This document shows positions 1 to 10,545 of a stretch of 64,000 nt of DNA, one piece after another. Position numbers and translations under genes: made by a program. The stretch comes from Polyangiaceae bacterium. Its GTDB lineage: Bacteria > Myxococcota_A > Polyangia > Polyangiales > Polyangiaceae. The notes beneath the pieces were generated by a model. The model searched no databases, was not told where the DNA came from, and saw nothing but the letters and a program-made list of their open reading frames with translations. The stretch spans positions 14,146 through 78,145 of the forward strand of contig JANRKO010000082.1 of NCBI GenBank assembly GCA_033763455.1, in the 5' to 3' direction. Positions within the stretch are counted from its first letter, which is position 1. Every line of letters begins with the position of its first letter.

Positions 1-2
1 TC

Positions 3-2084
3 TGGAACCATGGAGAGTCGGCGCCGCTCGCGCAGATTAGCCTAAGAACAGCATTCTTGGTTGACGGGGAAACTCCGCTAGAGCAAGCATTGGTGAATAC
101 AGGCAAAGCGCGCTGGCTGTGTGTGCGCGACTCCGCGTATTCGCCGGTGGAGGTGCCCTCGCTTCTCACCCGGAAGTTCTTTGCCGTAGGCAAGGGGGAG
201 CGGATCGATGCGAGCTTGCATCCGTGGGGCTGGCAGGATCCGACATACGACGACGCTGCCTGGGCTGATGCGGTGAAGGTGGTGCCCGCTGGGGGTCACA
301 ATGATGCGATCTCGGACAACGCGTGGATGCTTGAGCCACGAAACATTCCTCTCATGGAAGAGAAGTTTGAACGCATCCTCCGGTTGCGAGAAGCTCGGGG
401 TATTGATGTCCCGGGCGGGTTTCCAGCGAATAAGTGCGCTTTGGTGGTCCCGCCCAACACACGGGTGGAGCTCTTGCTGGATCAATCCTATCTCACCACG
501 GCCTACCTCGGCCTGGTGGTTTCGGGCGGGCGAGGGGCTTCGGTGCGTGTTGAATACGCAGAGAATTTCTGGTGCGAACCAGAGCTGAAGACGAAGGGTT
601 CACGCGACGAAATCGAAGGTAAGCATTGGGTAGGGTTGAGTGACGAGTTTGTCCCCGATGGGGGCAAAGAGCGAATGTTCGAGCCGGTCTGGTGGCGCAC
701 CTACCGGTTCGTGAAGTTGAAGATTGAGACCCAAAGTGAATCGCTCACACTGGAAGATATCTACGGGCTTGCCACCAGTTATCCATTTGAACGGCGCGCA
801 CAGTTCTTGGCCGCCCCAAAGGAATTCGCCCAGATCCTCGACGTCGGCTGGCGAACCGCGCGGCTCTGCGCTCACGAAACCTACGTTGATTGTCCGTACT
901 ATGAACAGCTGCAATATGCTGGTGATACGCGCATTCAAGCCATGGTTTCGCTGTATATGGCGGGGGACGATCGGCTCATGCGCAATGCGATTTCGCAGTT
1001 CGACGATTCACGTTCCGGCGCCGGCCTTACGGCGAGCCGTTTCCCATCGTCGGTGCGCCAGTATATCCCGCAGTTTTCGTTGCTCTGGATTGGTATGGTG
1101 CGCGATCATCTCTACTATCAAGATGATGCCGAATACGTGCGGGGGCTGCTGTTGGGAATTCGACAGGTGCTCGCCTGTTTTGAGCGTTACCTTACGCCCG
1201 ACCGTTCTGTGGGTCAGGTGCCCTATTGGGCCTATTTTGACTGGGTAAACCAATGGAGCGGGGGAGTGCCTCCGGGCTGGAATCGTCGTCCCAACTGGAG
1301 CTCTAAGCCAGGCGACGGCGTTCCCCTGAGTGATCCCCGAGGTGCATCGTCGCTCTTCGACTGGACGCTCGCACTCGGCTGCGAGTGGGCATCTGATATC
1401 GAGCGCGCAGTAGGTAGCGTCGAACACGCCGCCCGCAATATGGCATTGGCCAAAGAGATCCGGTCGGCGGCAAAGAAGCGCTATTGGGATGAAGCCCGGC
1501 AGCTTTTCGCGGACACGGCCGGCAAGGAAACATTTTCCCAGCATGCAAATACGCTGGCCGTCCTCAACGGCATCGTAACCGGGGCAGATGCGCGCGCCTT
1601 GATGGAGCGGGTGTTGAGCGACGCTTCATTGGCTCAGGCCTCTATTCACTGGCTTTATTACGTGCACCTGGCACTTCGCGAAGCGGGCCTTGCTGACAGG
1701 TATGCCGAACGCCTTGATCTGTGGCGGCGAATGTTGGCTCGCGGGCTTACCACCTGGGAAGAAGTGGAAGAGCCCTCACGCTCGGAGTGCCACGCTTGGG
1801 GGTCCAGCCCCAATGTGGAGCTGTTTCGCATCCTGCTCGGGATCGATTCGGCTGCGCCAGGTTGGAAGCGAGTACGCATAGCGCCAGCCCTTGGCAATCT
1901 AGGGCGCGCGAGTGGTCGGGTGCCGCACCCGCGTGGCGAAGTCGGCGTGAAGCTGGTGGTAGAAGGGAACTCCCTTTTGGCGGAGGTCGATTTGCCGCCC
2001 GGGGTCGACGGCGAGCTTGTGTGGGGTGGTGTTACGCGGCCGCTTACTTCCGGCCTGAGCGAGCACCGGATCGAGCCTATTTAG
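3..2084 (+). CDS. Alpha-L-rhamnosidase-like glycoside hydrolase (GH78), 5'-truncated by the window edge
   Basis: Frame is open from position 3 (WNHGESAPLAQIS...). GH78-type motifs: TYVDCPYYEQLQYAGDTRIQ, GLTTWEE, RSECHAWGSSP, and a C-terminal PHPRG.V beta domain. Confidence 0.85.
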   Translation, partial: WNHGESAPLAQISLRTAFLVDGETPLEQALVNTGKARWLCVRDSAYSPVEVPSLLTRKFFAVGKGERIDASLHPWGWQDPTYDDAAWADAVKVVPAGGHNDAISDNAWMLEPRNIPLMEEKFERILRLREARGIDVPGGFPANKCALVVPPNTRVELLLDQSYLTTAYLGLVVSGGRGASVRVEYAENFWCEPELKTKGSRDEIEGKHWVGLSDEFVPDGGKERMFEPVWWRTYRFVKLKIETQSESLTLEDIYGLATSYPFERRAQFLAAPKEFAQILDVGWRTARLCAHETYVDCPYYEQLQYAGDTRIQAMVSLYMAGDDRLMRNAISQFDDSRSGAGLTASRFPSSVRQYIPQFSLLWIGMVRDHLYYQDDAEYVRGLLLGIRQVLACFERYLTPDRSVGQVPYWAYFDWVNQWSGGVPPGWNRRPNWSSKPGDGVPLSDPRGASSLFDWTLALGCEWASDIERAVGSVEHAARNMALAKEIRSAAKKRYWDEARQLFADTAGKETFSQHANTLAVLNGIVTGADARALMERVLSDASLAQASIHWLYYVHLALREAGLADRYAERLDLWRRMLARGLTTWEEVEEPSRSECHAWGSSPNVELFRILLGIDSAAPGWKRVRIAPALGNLGRASGRVPHPRGEVGVKLVVEGNSLLAEVDLPPGVDGELVWGGVTRPLTSGLSEHRIEPI

Positions 2085-2120
2085 CCTTGTATTCGTGGCT
2101 CACGCTTAATCGGCTGCCAA

Positions 2121-4220
2121 CTACCGAGGCGCGTCTATGCGGCAACTGGGGGTGCAGCCGTCGGCGCTGTTGCTATTGGCGTCGTCACACTGCTCAAATT
2201 CCGGTTGAATGATCTTGTCGCCGCAGCGGGGGGCTAAGCTGCAGGTGGCCGTGCATGTGCCGTAGCTGCCGTCGTTGACACCGTTGTCGCAGGCTTCACC
2301 AAAAAGGCTATCCACCACGCCATCTCCGCAGTAGCTCGGCTTCTTACAGCCGGGAGCACAGGCCAGGCTGTCTTTGGTAGCCGCATGCGTGGTGAGGTTG
2401 GTGCCGTCGTCGCACGCTTCGCCGCTGGCACTCTGAACGGTTGCGTCGCCACAATGCGGAGCGAGCGTGCAACTGGCTGTGCACCCGTTGTAACGACCGT
2501 CGTTGGAGGCGCCTTCATCGCAACCCTCGTTGGAGGCGAGCTTGCCGTCGCCGCAGGTGGACTTACAGACGCTCTTGGCGCTCAAAAAATTCTCAAGTGT
2601 GAGCTTGTATTGCGAGGCGGTGGTGTGGCGCTCCGCCTGGAAAACGACAACTTCGTAAACTCCGCCCACGGTGAGGCCAAGCGCTTGGGCGTCGAAGTAG
2701 CCGAAGGTTTCAGCATCGCCCGACGTGCTTGCTCCCAGCGTGATCGAGCGCTCGCGCTTGCCATGCACGCCCGCGATATCGGCAGCAAGCTTTCGGTTGA
2801 TGAAGACCCAAACGTCATCGTCGCCGTAGAAGGTGAGCTTTTCGCCGCCTGCGTAGGTAAACCAATAGCGCACTTCGCTTGTAAAGTGGAAATTGTGGCC
2901 ACCGGATCGAGCCTGCTCCTTAAGATCATTGGGGGCATTGAAACCAAGGCCATCGAGCGGGAAAAATGTCGTGTCAAAGAACTCGAAAACCGTTGGGTTG
3001 GCAGCGTTCGGATCGAGCGGGTTGAGCGTGATGCTACTGACCACGCTGCGGTTCACCAGTGGATCGCTACGGTACCATTGGGCGAAGCTCTGAGCGCTCT
3101 CCACACAGTTGCCACTAGAACGCCCGGGAGAGTTCCTCGTTTTGAGTACCGGCTTGCCCTGCATGTCCAAGACGGGCTCCACGTCTTCTTCGCAGCCGTT
3201 ATATTTCTGGAAATCCGGGTGTAAGAACGCGCCGTCATTCCCAGGTACATTCGCGTTGCTCCCGGTGTCCGTGGTGCCGATGAAGTCTCGATACACCGCC
3301 GGCAACTGGGGAGGTGTGCGTTCTATCTCGCAGGTGAAGCCCGCCTCGACCTTGCACTGATCAGAACAGCCGTCGAAGTTACGGGTGTTCGCGTCGTCGC
3401 ATTCTTCTTGGCTGAGCTTGATACCGTCGCCGCACACAGCCTGGCAAACGCCGTTCTGGCAGCGGGGCTCGTTGGTGCAAAGTGGCGAACAGCCATCACC
3501 TGTGTCGAAATTTCCGTCATCACACTGTTCGGTGCCTTCTTTCACCCCATCACCACAGACAGTGCGCGAGCACACCAGACCCACGCATTTGAATCCTGAT
3601 TCTAACTCGCAGGCGCTTGAACAACCGTCCCCGTTGGCACCGTTACCGTCGTCGCAGGTTTCAAATCCGGCCACTACGCCGTCGCCGCATAGGGCCGCAA
3701 TACAACGCGCGCCCAACATCGGGCATGCCCAGCCACTTTCAAGTTTGCAACTGGCGTCGCATCCGTCCCCGGCTACCGTGTTCTTGTCGTCACAGGTTTC
3801 AGAGCCGGTGATCTTCCCGTCGCCACACGCAACGGTGGAAACGCAGGCTTTGCCTGGAGTGGGGCAAGCAAAGTCTTTCTCAACGGCTTCACAATTGGCG
3901 CTGCAGCCATCAGCCGATGTGATGTTGCCGTCGTCGCACTTTTCGCCTGCATCCAGTCGTGCGTCCCCACACGCGTGTTCCGGCCCCATGCACGAGCTAT
4001 CAGCGCACATGCCCCCGGCGCCGCCACTCGAAGCTCCGGCGTTCGGAAAGAACATAAAGACCTCTCCCGAACCGCCCACAGCGGCATTGCCTCCCACGTT
4101 CGAGGCGCCGCTCACTCCACCCGCTGGAGCCGAGGTATCAGAGGAGTGGCTGCAGGCGCTGGCGAGCGGAAATGCAGCGGCTAATACAGCTCCGAGTGCC
4201 AACCATCGCATCTGACTCAT
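2121..4220 (-). CDS. Myxobacterial Cys-rich repeat (DUF4215-type) lipoprotein with a central fibro-slime/PA14-like domain
   Basis: Lipobox ASAC. Many CGDG..E.CDDGN...DGC repeats. Fibro-slime motifs HNFHFTSEVRYWF, FYGDDDVWVFIN, DIAGVH, FQAERHTTASQY. Confidence 0.85.
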   Translation of the reverse strand: MSQMRWLALGAVLAAAFPLASACSHSSDTSAPAGGVSGASNVGGNAAVGGSGEVFMFFPNAGASSGGAGGMCADSSCMGPEHACGDARLDAGEKCDDGNITSADGCSANCEAVEKDFACPTPGKACVSTVACGDGKITGSETCDDKNTVAGDGCDASCKLESGWACPMLGARCIAALCGDGVVAGFETCDDGNGANGDGCSSACELESGFKCVGLVCSRTVCGDGVKEGTEQCDDGNFDTGDGCSPLCTNEPRCQNGVCQAVCGDGIKLSQEECDDANTRNFDGCSDQCKVEAGFTCEIERTPPQLPAVYRDFIGTTDTGSNANVPGNDGAFLHPDFQKYNGCEEDVEPVLDMQGKPVLKTRNSPGRSSGNCVESAQSFAQWYRSDPLVNRSVVSSITLNPLDPNAANPTVFEFFDTTFFPLDGLGFNAPNDLKEQARSGGHNFHFTSEVRYWFTYAGGEKLTFYGDDDVWVFINRKLAADIAGVHGKRERSITLGASTSGDAETFGYFDAQALGLTVGGVYEVVVFQAERHTTASQYKLTLENFLSAKSVCKSTCGDGKLASNEGCDEGASNDGRYNGCTASCTLAPHCGDATVQSASGEACDDGTNLTTHAATKDSLACAPGCKKPSYCGDGVVDSLFGEACDNGVNDGSYGTCTATCSLAPRCGDKIIQPEFEQCDDANSNSADGCTPSCRIDAPR

Positions 4221-4374
4221 AACGACTCGTCCTCTCGACAGTTCAAGAAATACTGCAAACCGACAATATGCCTTGAATTTGTTGAGGCCGCTACCGCATC
4301 ACACTCCACTCCGGCAAATACATCGGATGAAAACCCACACGCGGGCGTAGGGTAGGCGCAGGTGTAGTCCGTGA

Positions 4375-5970
4375 TTAGCGGGCTTTGCGGTTGATCAATT
4401 GTTGAAGGGCCTCGCGCGTAACGCCCAGCCTTTCGGCGGTTTTCCTGGCGAGGGATGTGGTGGCTACCCCCGGGACGAATTGGTAGGTGGGCACAGAATG
4501 CGCGTCGAGATCCACCTGAAGGAAACGCAGCGTGAGTCTACCTTCGCGTTCCAATCGCTGTGCGAACTCTAGGAAATGTGTGGTGATGACCGCTACGGGT
4601 GTTAACTCAACGAGCAACGATACAACAAGTTCGAAGATCTCTTCGCCCTCTGAGGGGTTGGTGCCAGAGCAAAGTTCATCTAGCAAAACTAGACTATTGA
4701 AATCCAAGAGCTCAAACATGCGGCGGATCCGCGTGAGCTCCGAACCCAAGCGGCCCTCGTGTTCATCCGACGCTTGCCCGTGCACCAGTGAGACAAATAG
4801 GCCGGAAAGCAACGGCAGCTTAGCCGAGCCCGCTGGCACGAAGAAGCCGCACTGGGCGAGCATTTGACTCAAACCAAGGGCCTGAAGGAGGCGCGTTTTC
4901 CCTCCGGAATTGGGGCCCGTGAGCAGTGCGATGCTGCGTCGAGGAAGGTGAAGATCCGCGGGAACCGGAGCCTTCGGTTCCTCCAGCAAGAAGGGATTGA
5001 ACAATTGTTGGATCTCTAGTGCTTGCTCGCTTTCAGACATCTCGGGCAAGCACACCGCAAGCCCATGGGTTTTAGCTTGATCGGAAAATGCAAGTGCCGC
5101 GAGGTAGAACTCCAAATCGAGCTGGAGCTGCAGAAACCACAACACGTCGGTCTCTACGCCGTCGAAAACGGTTTGAATCGAACGCCCTAGGATCTCTTCC
5201 TCGGGCAAACGGTATCCGCGAAGCGCACTGAATATCCAAACGAACCAGCGTGCGACGGTCGCTCCGAAGAGGCTCTTGGCCTGGGGCTCTCTCGCTGCTA
5301 CGAGTTCAAGCTGACGAATCGATCCGTCGTACGCGAGGCTCAGGCGTAGATCGACCACGGCTCGTTGAGATTCGAAGTCGAGTAGGCTCCGGAGGCTTTG
5401 GAATGCAGAGCTTGCACCCAGCATTTCCCCAAATTCCGCAAGTACGCGCAAGTGTGAGTTGCTGTCTGAAAAGGTGCCGAGTTGATCCGCAGCACTCACT
5501 AGCTTGCGGAGGATTGTGACTCTGCGCGCTACCCCATGAGAGCGTTTTCCAAGCTCAGCTGACTCAAGAAGCTCCTTGAATTCTGCCAGAGTTCCCCAAA
5601 GCTCAGTCACCTTTGCACGAAGATCAACTCGTGCGAGCAGCTCTCTCAGCACGCCGTGACGCAGCTCTATAGTGTCCTTGTTGGTGGATGCGGTGGTAAG
5701 GATCCGCGTTAGGCGGAGATGGTTGGAACGGTGGTTCGGCCCGGTCGCGCGCTGCCAACGGCCTAGTAGTCTCACAAGATCATCGACGTACAGATCTGGG
5801 CGAAAACACTGCTCATTGAAAGCGGGATCCGTGCGGGCCCCCCGAGAAAACAGTTCGTCGAGTGCCTGGCCACTGCCGCCACTGGCAAACGAAAACGCGA
5901 GCTGTTGCCGCAACGCCGGGATATCGAATCGAAGACCGGGTTGTTGAAACAAGAGGTCAGGTAAGCTCAT
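4375..5970 (-). CDS. MutS-family ATPase (domain V) protein lacking a recognisable mismatch-binding domain
   Basis: Walker A LLTGPNSGGKT, Walker B LVLLDELCSGT, ITTHF, and a C-terminal helix-turn-helix ARKTAERLGV. Probable ATG at 5970; ORF extends to 6033. Confidence 0.8.
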   Translation of the reverse strand: MSLPDLLFQQPGLRFDIPALRQQLAFSFASGGSGQALDELFSRGARTDPAFNEQCFRPDLYVDDLVRLLGRWQRATGPNHRSNHLRLTRILTTASTNKDTIELRHGVLRELLARVDLRAKVTELWGTLAEFKELLESAELGKRSHGVARRVTILRKLVSAADQLGTFSDSNSHLRVLAEFGEMLGASSAFQSLRSLLDFESQRAVVDLRLSLAYDGSIRQLELVAAREPQAKSLFGATVARWFVWIFSALRGYRLPEEEILGRSIQTVFDGVETDVLWFLQLQLDLEFYLAALAFSDQAKTHGLAVCLPEMSESEQALEIQQLFNPFLLEEPKAPVPADLHLPRRSIALLTGPNSGGKTRLLQALGLSQMLAQCGFFVPAGSAKLPLLSGLFVSLVHGQASDEHEGRLGSELTRIRRMFELLDFNSLVLLDELCSGTNPSEGEEIFELVVSLLVELTPVAVITTHFLEFAQRLEREGRLTLRFLQVDLDAHSVPTYQFVPGVATTSLARKTAERLGVTREALQQLINRKAR

Positions 5971-6167
5971 GTGCGCGCCTTCTGAGGCCGAAGCATTCGA
6001 CCGCCGCAGGAAAGGATTCTTGGATGGTGCCACGACGGATGACGCAAAGTCGCGGACTTGTCACGCAGAAGCTTAAGTAAGCAGCGATCGCGCGTCCCGC
6101 CCACCGGGAGCAAGAGGTCTCCAAAGGTTGTTCTGCGTCGGCAGGATAAGGTAGATCTTGTCCAGAT

Positions 6168-7088
6168 ATGTTGAAGCGTCTTGTCTCGTTGGCCGTGGTA
6201 ACTACCGTCTGCATTGCTTCTTTCGGAGCAGCTTCGGCGGCTCAGTCTGGGTCGAAGGCCGCCTCCAAGTCGCAGGGCAAGCAGCCTAAAAAGAAGAAGG
6301 ACCTCGAGGCGGAGCAGCGAGCGGAAGAAGCCAAGCAGGCGGAAGCAGCCAGACAGGCAGAGGAAGCCAAGCAGGCAGAAGAAGCCAAGCAGGCGGACGG
6401 AGCAGCAGGTTCCGGAGGAACCGCGGATGCAACACCAGGTTCCGTGCATTCCAAAGTTCCTTGGACTTTGGCGCTTTCGGGCTTGTACTACACGGATGAA
6501 GGAAGGCTCAACGCACGAGACCGCACCAGCATCTTGGTCACGGACACCAAGACCGAGGTGGACAACGACAAGAGTCTCGCGCTCGCTCTTGAAGCATTTC
6601 TTCCCCACAAAGGCAGCTTGAGGCTCGGGGGTGGGCTCTTGTATTTCTTTGACTACCGATACCGACCGAAGGCTACCGGTAACAACGACACCCCGGCCGC
6701 GGTAACGCTTGGCCAACTACTCGAGCTCAATGGGCGGGCCGATTACCTGGTGGCTTTGAGTCAGAAGTTCGGGCTGGAGTTTGGGGTGCAGGCGGGCCCC
6801 GCAATTCTTTTTCCAAGTGGGCAGCTTCAAGCCGACATCGACACGTATTCTAGGCAGCAGCTTGGCGTATGGGATGTCCCGCGGTTAGGCCTCCAAATTG
6901 GGCCCCATTTTGGCGGTACTTATCGCCTGCTTGATAACCTAGCGGTGCGCGGGGAGTTCGCTTTGAGTTGGCAACGCCTCTTTCTATTCTCTACTTCCGA
7001 CAAGGTAGCTGGTGTCGAAGTAGAGGTTTCAAGAACTCTTGCGATTCGGCGTGGTTCATTGAGCCTTGGCGTCGAACTTTCCCTGTAG
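6168..7088 (+). CDS. Secreted, probable outer-membrane beta-barrel protein with N-terminal AEEAKQ repeats
   Basis: Signal peptide, charged repeat stalk, alternating hydrophobic beta-strands, C-terminal SLGVELSL. Confidence 0.6.
   Translation: MLKRLVSLAVVTTVCIASFGAASAAQSGSKAASKSQGKQPKKKKDLEAEQRAEEAKQAEAARQAEEAKQAEEAKQADGAAGSGGTADATPGSVHSKVPWTLALSGLYYTDEGRLNARDRTSILVTDTKTEVDNDKSLALALEAFLPHKGSLRLGGGLLYFFDYRYRPKATGNNDTPAAVTLGQLLELNGRADYLVALSQKFGLEFGVQAGPAILFPSGQLQADIDTYSRQQLGVWDVPRLGLQIGPHFGGTYRLLDNLAVRGEFALSWQRLFLFSTSDKVAGVEVEVSRTLAIRRGSLSLGVELSL
6321..6392 (+). repeat. Four imperfect 18-bp coding tandem repeats (AEEAKQ)
   Basis: GCGGAAGAAGCCAAGCAG-like units at 6321, 6339, 6357 and 6375. Confidence 0.9.
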
Positions 7089-7278
7089 TTCCTCGGGCTT
7101 CGTGCGGTGCACACCTAACGGGCCTTCACAGTTCCACACCGGACCAAATGTGGGTGGTTGCCTGAGGTGTGTGCCCCCTAGCCAGGTTGCAGTTTTAGGC
7201 TAGTTTTCCCAAGTCCTTGATATAACGAAGCATTAATGTCGCTTGCCAGAAAAATGACGTCACGTTACGCTCTCGCCC

Positions 7279-9126
7279 GTGGCACCAAACTCCAAGTTAG
7301 TTGGCGCGCGCAGGGGTGGCGCGTCGCAGGTCCTGAGTTCGCTTGTATGTGGGCTTGCGCTCACAGGCGTTGCGTGTAGCAGCGCGGACATCCCGAAGTT
7401 CGATCCGGGAAATCCCGCTAGGGGGCCTGGCTCCATGGTCGGCAATGGCGCTCCAGTGAGCGACGGGCAGTTTGGAGAGGCAACGCCCGCTGATCCAATG
7501 GCAGCTTCGAGTCCACGCGTTGTTTGCGATCAGGCCTGTCAGGATTACTGCAGCGGCCTAGATGCTACGCTTACCAACCCGGTGGATCGCGGGTTGTGCC
7601 GAAGCTTGTGGGGCGTCGGTCTTGATACCCAGCCCGTGGATGTCACTGAGGCATGTCGTCGTCTCTACGTAGATATGGTGGGTCGCTACCCAACTCGCGC
7701 CGAGGCAGAGCAAACGTGTGGCAATCGCCCGTGGGGCGAGGTTGTGTCCGAGCTGATAGCGAAGCCTGAATTTGTGTTCGTCAATCAGCGCCTCTGGGCG
7801 GATGCGCTTCTTTACAACAACGAAGCTGTCAGTGTTGAGCGCATCTACGATATGGATGCGCTGGTGGGTAAGCTGTATCGCGGGTTGGTCTCCTATGACG
7901 AATTTGCCGCTGTGGTGAGTGCTCACCCAGTGCTCACTCGCCGTTACGACACCGCGGGCGATCGTGCGGAGGCTCTTTTCAGTTTGTTCCTGCACCGTCC
8001 GCCGTTTGAAAACGAACGCGCGGATATGGCGCGCATGTATGCACTTTGGGATAACGGCTATTACGATCACCCAACGCTGAACATGCGTCTGCCGGATTCG
8101 TCGATTCGGTATCGGTGCGTCACGGCGTCGGGCGCTGTTGATGAGAGCACTAAGGGCGAATGTACCTCAATCCTCTGGGGTTTCAATGAGCTCATCTTAA
8201 CGCCGGATATTCGTGCAAGCGTGGGAGATCGAGGTGAGCGAAGCATGTGGAGTGGGCTCTTGAAGCCAGCTGAGTGGCAACAGCTTCAGGTTCCCGGTAA
8301 GGTCATCTCGCAGCGAATTGGCTTCTGGGAAGCCGCGGTAGATCGCGTCATTGAACGTTACCTTGGGTATGATCTAGCTGGGCAGGTTCCTGAAGTCCGT
8401 CAAGCGCTCGTGGAACACTTGATAGCCCACAATGGTGACATTCGAGCTACTCACTTCGCTCTCGCCACTTCGCTCCCGTATTTGCAGTCGTCCGTTCTTC
8501 CAGTTGCAGCCGATCAGGTCGTCAACAACGTTCGGTGGAGCTATGGGCCGCTGAAGCAGGTGATGGTTGAGCCCTGGATCGATAGCATCAAGAACTCCAC
8601 CGGAGTTGATTTGGCCCAGTGCGATCACAGGATTTCGCGTCCGGATCAGTTCTTGGAAGCGTCAAGAAGCGTGGCCGCAGTCAGCGTGATCCAGAATTCT
8701 CGCTGGCAGCTCACCACCGATGGTGTTCGCGAAGATTACAGCAGGCTCGCGCGTAACTTGGGCGGCTGCCCAGATAACCAAGTAGGTGGCCGGTTCACGG
8801 CAGTCAGCATTCTGGCCACCGCAGCCCAGGAGAACTTCGTCTATAACGTGTGCAATCCGAAGCAAGATCCGGCCGTTCGCGCGGCCGATATCTCTCGGCT
8901 GCTTCCGCCCGATGTGGCGGCCGATCGGGTGCTTGAAGCAGACGTTGCGGCACAAATTGCTGATCATCAAGTTGGTCTGTTCTTCAGTCGCGCTGCGAAC
9001 GAGGCCGAGCTCGCCGAAGCTCGGCAGGCGGCGTCGGAGTGTTCTCCGAAGCCTTGTTCCGCGGAGGATCTGGCGCGTCCCCTGTGCTTTGCTCTGCTTT
9101 CTAGCAGCGAGCAGCTCTTCTACTGA
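7279..9126 (+). CDS. Cys-rich lipoprotein with DUF1549/DUF1553-like motifs
   Basis: Lipobox VAC. CRRLYVDMVGRYPT, LFSLFLHRPPFENE and C-terminal LCFALLSSSEQLFY resemble planctomycete-type DUF1549/1553 segments. Confidence 0.6.
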   Translation: MAPNSKLVGARRGGASQVLSSLVCGLALTGVACSSADIPKFDPGNPARGPGSMVGNGAPVSDGQFGEATPADPMAASSPRVVCDQACQDYCSGLDATLTNPVDRGLCRSLWGVGLDTQPVDVTEACRRLYVDMVGRYPTRAEAEQTCGNRPWGEVVSELIAKPEFVFVNQRLWADALLYNNEAVSVERIYDMDALVGKLYRGLVSYDEFAAVVSAHPVLTRRYDTAGDRAEALFSLFLHRPPFENERADMARMYALWDNGYYDHPTLNMRLPDSSIRYRCVTASGAVDESTKGECTSILWGFNELILTPDIRASVGDRGERSMWSGLLKPAEWQQLQVPGKVISQRIGFWEAAVDRVIERYLGYDLAGQVPEVRQALVEHLIAHNGDIRATHFALATSLPYLQSSVLPVAADQVVNNVRWSYGPLKQVMVEPWIDSIKNSTGVDLAQCDHRISRPDQFLEASRSVAAVSVIQNSRWQLTTDGVREDYSRLARNLGGCPDNQVGGRFTAVSILATAAQENFVYNVCNPKQDPAVRAADISRLLPPDVAADRVLEADVAAQIADHQVGLFFSRAANEAELAEARQAASECSPKPCSAEDLARPLCFALLSSSEQLFY

Positions 9127-9141
9127 GTGAGGCCCAAAGTC

Positions 9142-10545
9142 ATGAACGATAACCAATCCAAAAAAGCCTCAGTTTCTCGGCGCGGCTTTCTCGCAGGCAC
9201 CGCGCTCGCCGCTACGGGAGCCATTGCGGCACCGTACATTTGGGTGCCGAAGGCCGCTCGAGCCCAATTGATGTTTCGCGGCGCTATCAAGCACGTGCTG
9301 TACGTACGCCTCTCCGGGGGGTTCCGGTTCCCTACGGCCTTCAACGCGGATGTGTCTGAGCAGTTCAATCCATTTGGTTTGGCAACTGGCAAAGCTGCGG
9401 GAGCTGAATGGGGAATGAGCAAGTTGCTGGAACCCGCGCCGTACCTGGAAGGAATGGCCGGTGCTGCCCGGGTAGCGCTCGGAATGAGGCCGGTAGGGCA
9501 AATCGCCAACGAAATTTCGGTCTTGCCGTGTGTGGATCACGAGCCCAAAGCTGGCAGTGCGGACGGCAACCATGGCACCGGTCTTGAGCGCTACCTCACC
9601 GGATACGTGGGCGGCAAAGTGGGTCTCTTCACGATGCTTACGTACGGCTTGCGCGAACAGCAGCTGGCCGCGCAGGCCAAAGGGGAGCTTCTCTTGCCCC
9701 CATTTGTGCTCGGAAGCGCGGATATGGCACGTGGGCTCGGGAAGTACGCTGCTTTTCGGCCGCCCGTGTTCAACGGTGGGGGCTTCGATCAATTCGGCTT
9801 CAAAGCTGCTGAGCTCCCGGATTGGGCGAACCGCATGATTGGCGCTTACGACTCACGAATGAAGGATCGTCAGCATCCTTTGCTACGGGACAAAGTCGAT
9901 GCGTATCTGCAAACGCGAAAGGCCACCAAGCAATACAGCGAAATCTTGGGGGATGAAGTGCTGAAGGTCGGCAATCGCTCCATGAAGGTGTTCGATGGCA
10001 TTTCGAATGCAGAGCTGGATACCATGCTGGGTACGAGCGGCTCGGCGCGCAGCATCAGCCTGGCGCTCCGCTTGTTTCATTTTGGCAGCCCCGCAGTGTA
10101 CCTTGATCAAGGTGGCTACGACATGCATTCGGGCGAAGAAGATGGCTTGCCCGGGCGCATGATTGAGCTTAGCCAGCTCATCAGTGGTACGGAGGCTGCG
10201 CTCAAAAAGATGGTCCATCCTGCTGGTGGCAGTTATTGGGACCACACCGTGGTGGTCTTCGGTAGCGAGTTCTCGCGTACAACAAGAGGGAATCGCTTCA
10301 ATTCCGCGCGCGGCAGCGACCACAGCGGGGATTTTGCAACGCGTTGGATGAGCATGCCGATCATGGGCGGGCCCATCGTGAAGGGCAAGCAACTCGGCTC
10401 GACTGATCCTGGCACCTTGAAAGCTACAGGCACAGTTTACTCCTACCGCAGCCTCTGGAAGACGCTAATGGAAGGCCTAGGCGCAGATCATCAGGAATTC
10501 TTCACGGATGCGGCGGACGCGCCGTTTGCCGATATCTTCGCGTGA
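9142..10545 (+). CDS. Tat-exported DUF1501-family protein
   Basis: Twin-arginine SRRGFL; GGYDMH, GSEFSRT and GSDH motifs; GAGG RBS before ATG 9142 (alternative GTG 9127). Confidence 0.8.
   Translation: MNDNQSKKASVSRRGFLAGTALAATGAIAAPYIWVPKAARAQLMFRGAIKHVLYVRLSGGFRFPTAFNADVSEQFNPFGLATGKAAGAEWGMSKLLEPAPYLEGMAGAARVALGMRPVGQIANEISVLPCVDHEPKAGSADGNHGTGLERYLTGYVGGKVGLFTMLTYGLREQQLAAQAKGELLLPPFVLGSADMARGLGKYAAFRPPVFNGGGFDQFGFKAAELPDWANRMIGAYDSRMKDRQHPLLRDKVDAYLQTRKATKQYSEILGDEVLKVGNRSMKVFDGISNAELDTMLGTSGSARSISLALRLFHFGSPAVYLDQGGYDMHSGEEDGLPGRMIELSQLISGTEAALKKMVHPAGGSYWDHTVVVFGSEFSRTTRGNRFNSARGSDHSGDFATRWMSMPIMGGPIVKGKQLGSTDPGTLKATGTVYSYRSLWKTLMEGLGADHQEFFTDAADAPFADIFA

Noticed and set aside
2385..4215. 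Long antisense and alternate-frame ORFs here and elsewhere (e.g. 5967-6716, 19240-20124, 62525-63526)
   Set aside because: They shadow well-supported genes, lack motifs, and are expected in GC-rich, stop-poor sequence.
9124..9141. In-frame TGA between the 7279 and 9127 ORFs (possible read-through or selenocysteine fusion)
   Set aside because: The downstream gene has its own RBS, ATG and Tat signal, and the upstream protein ends in a natural family-like C-terminus.
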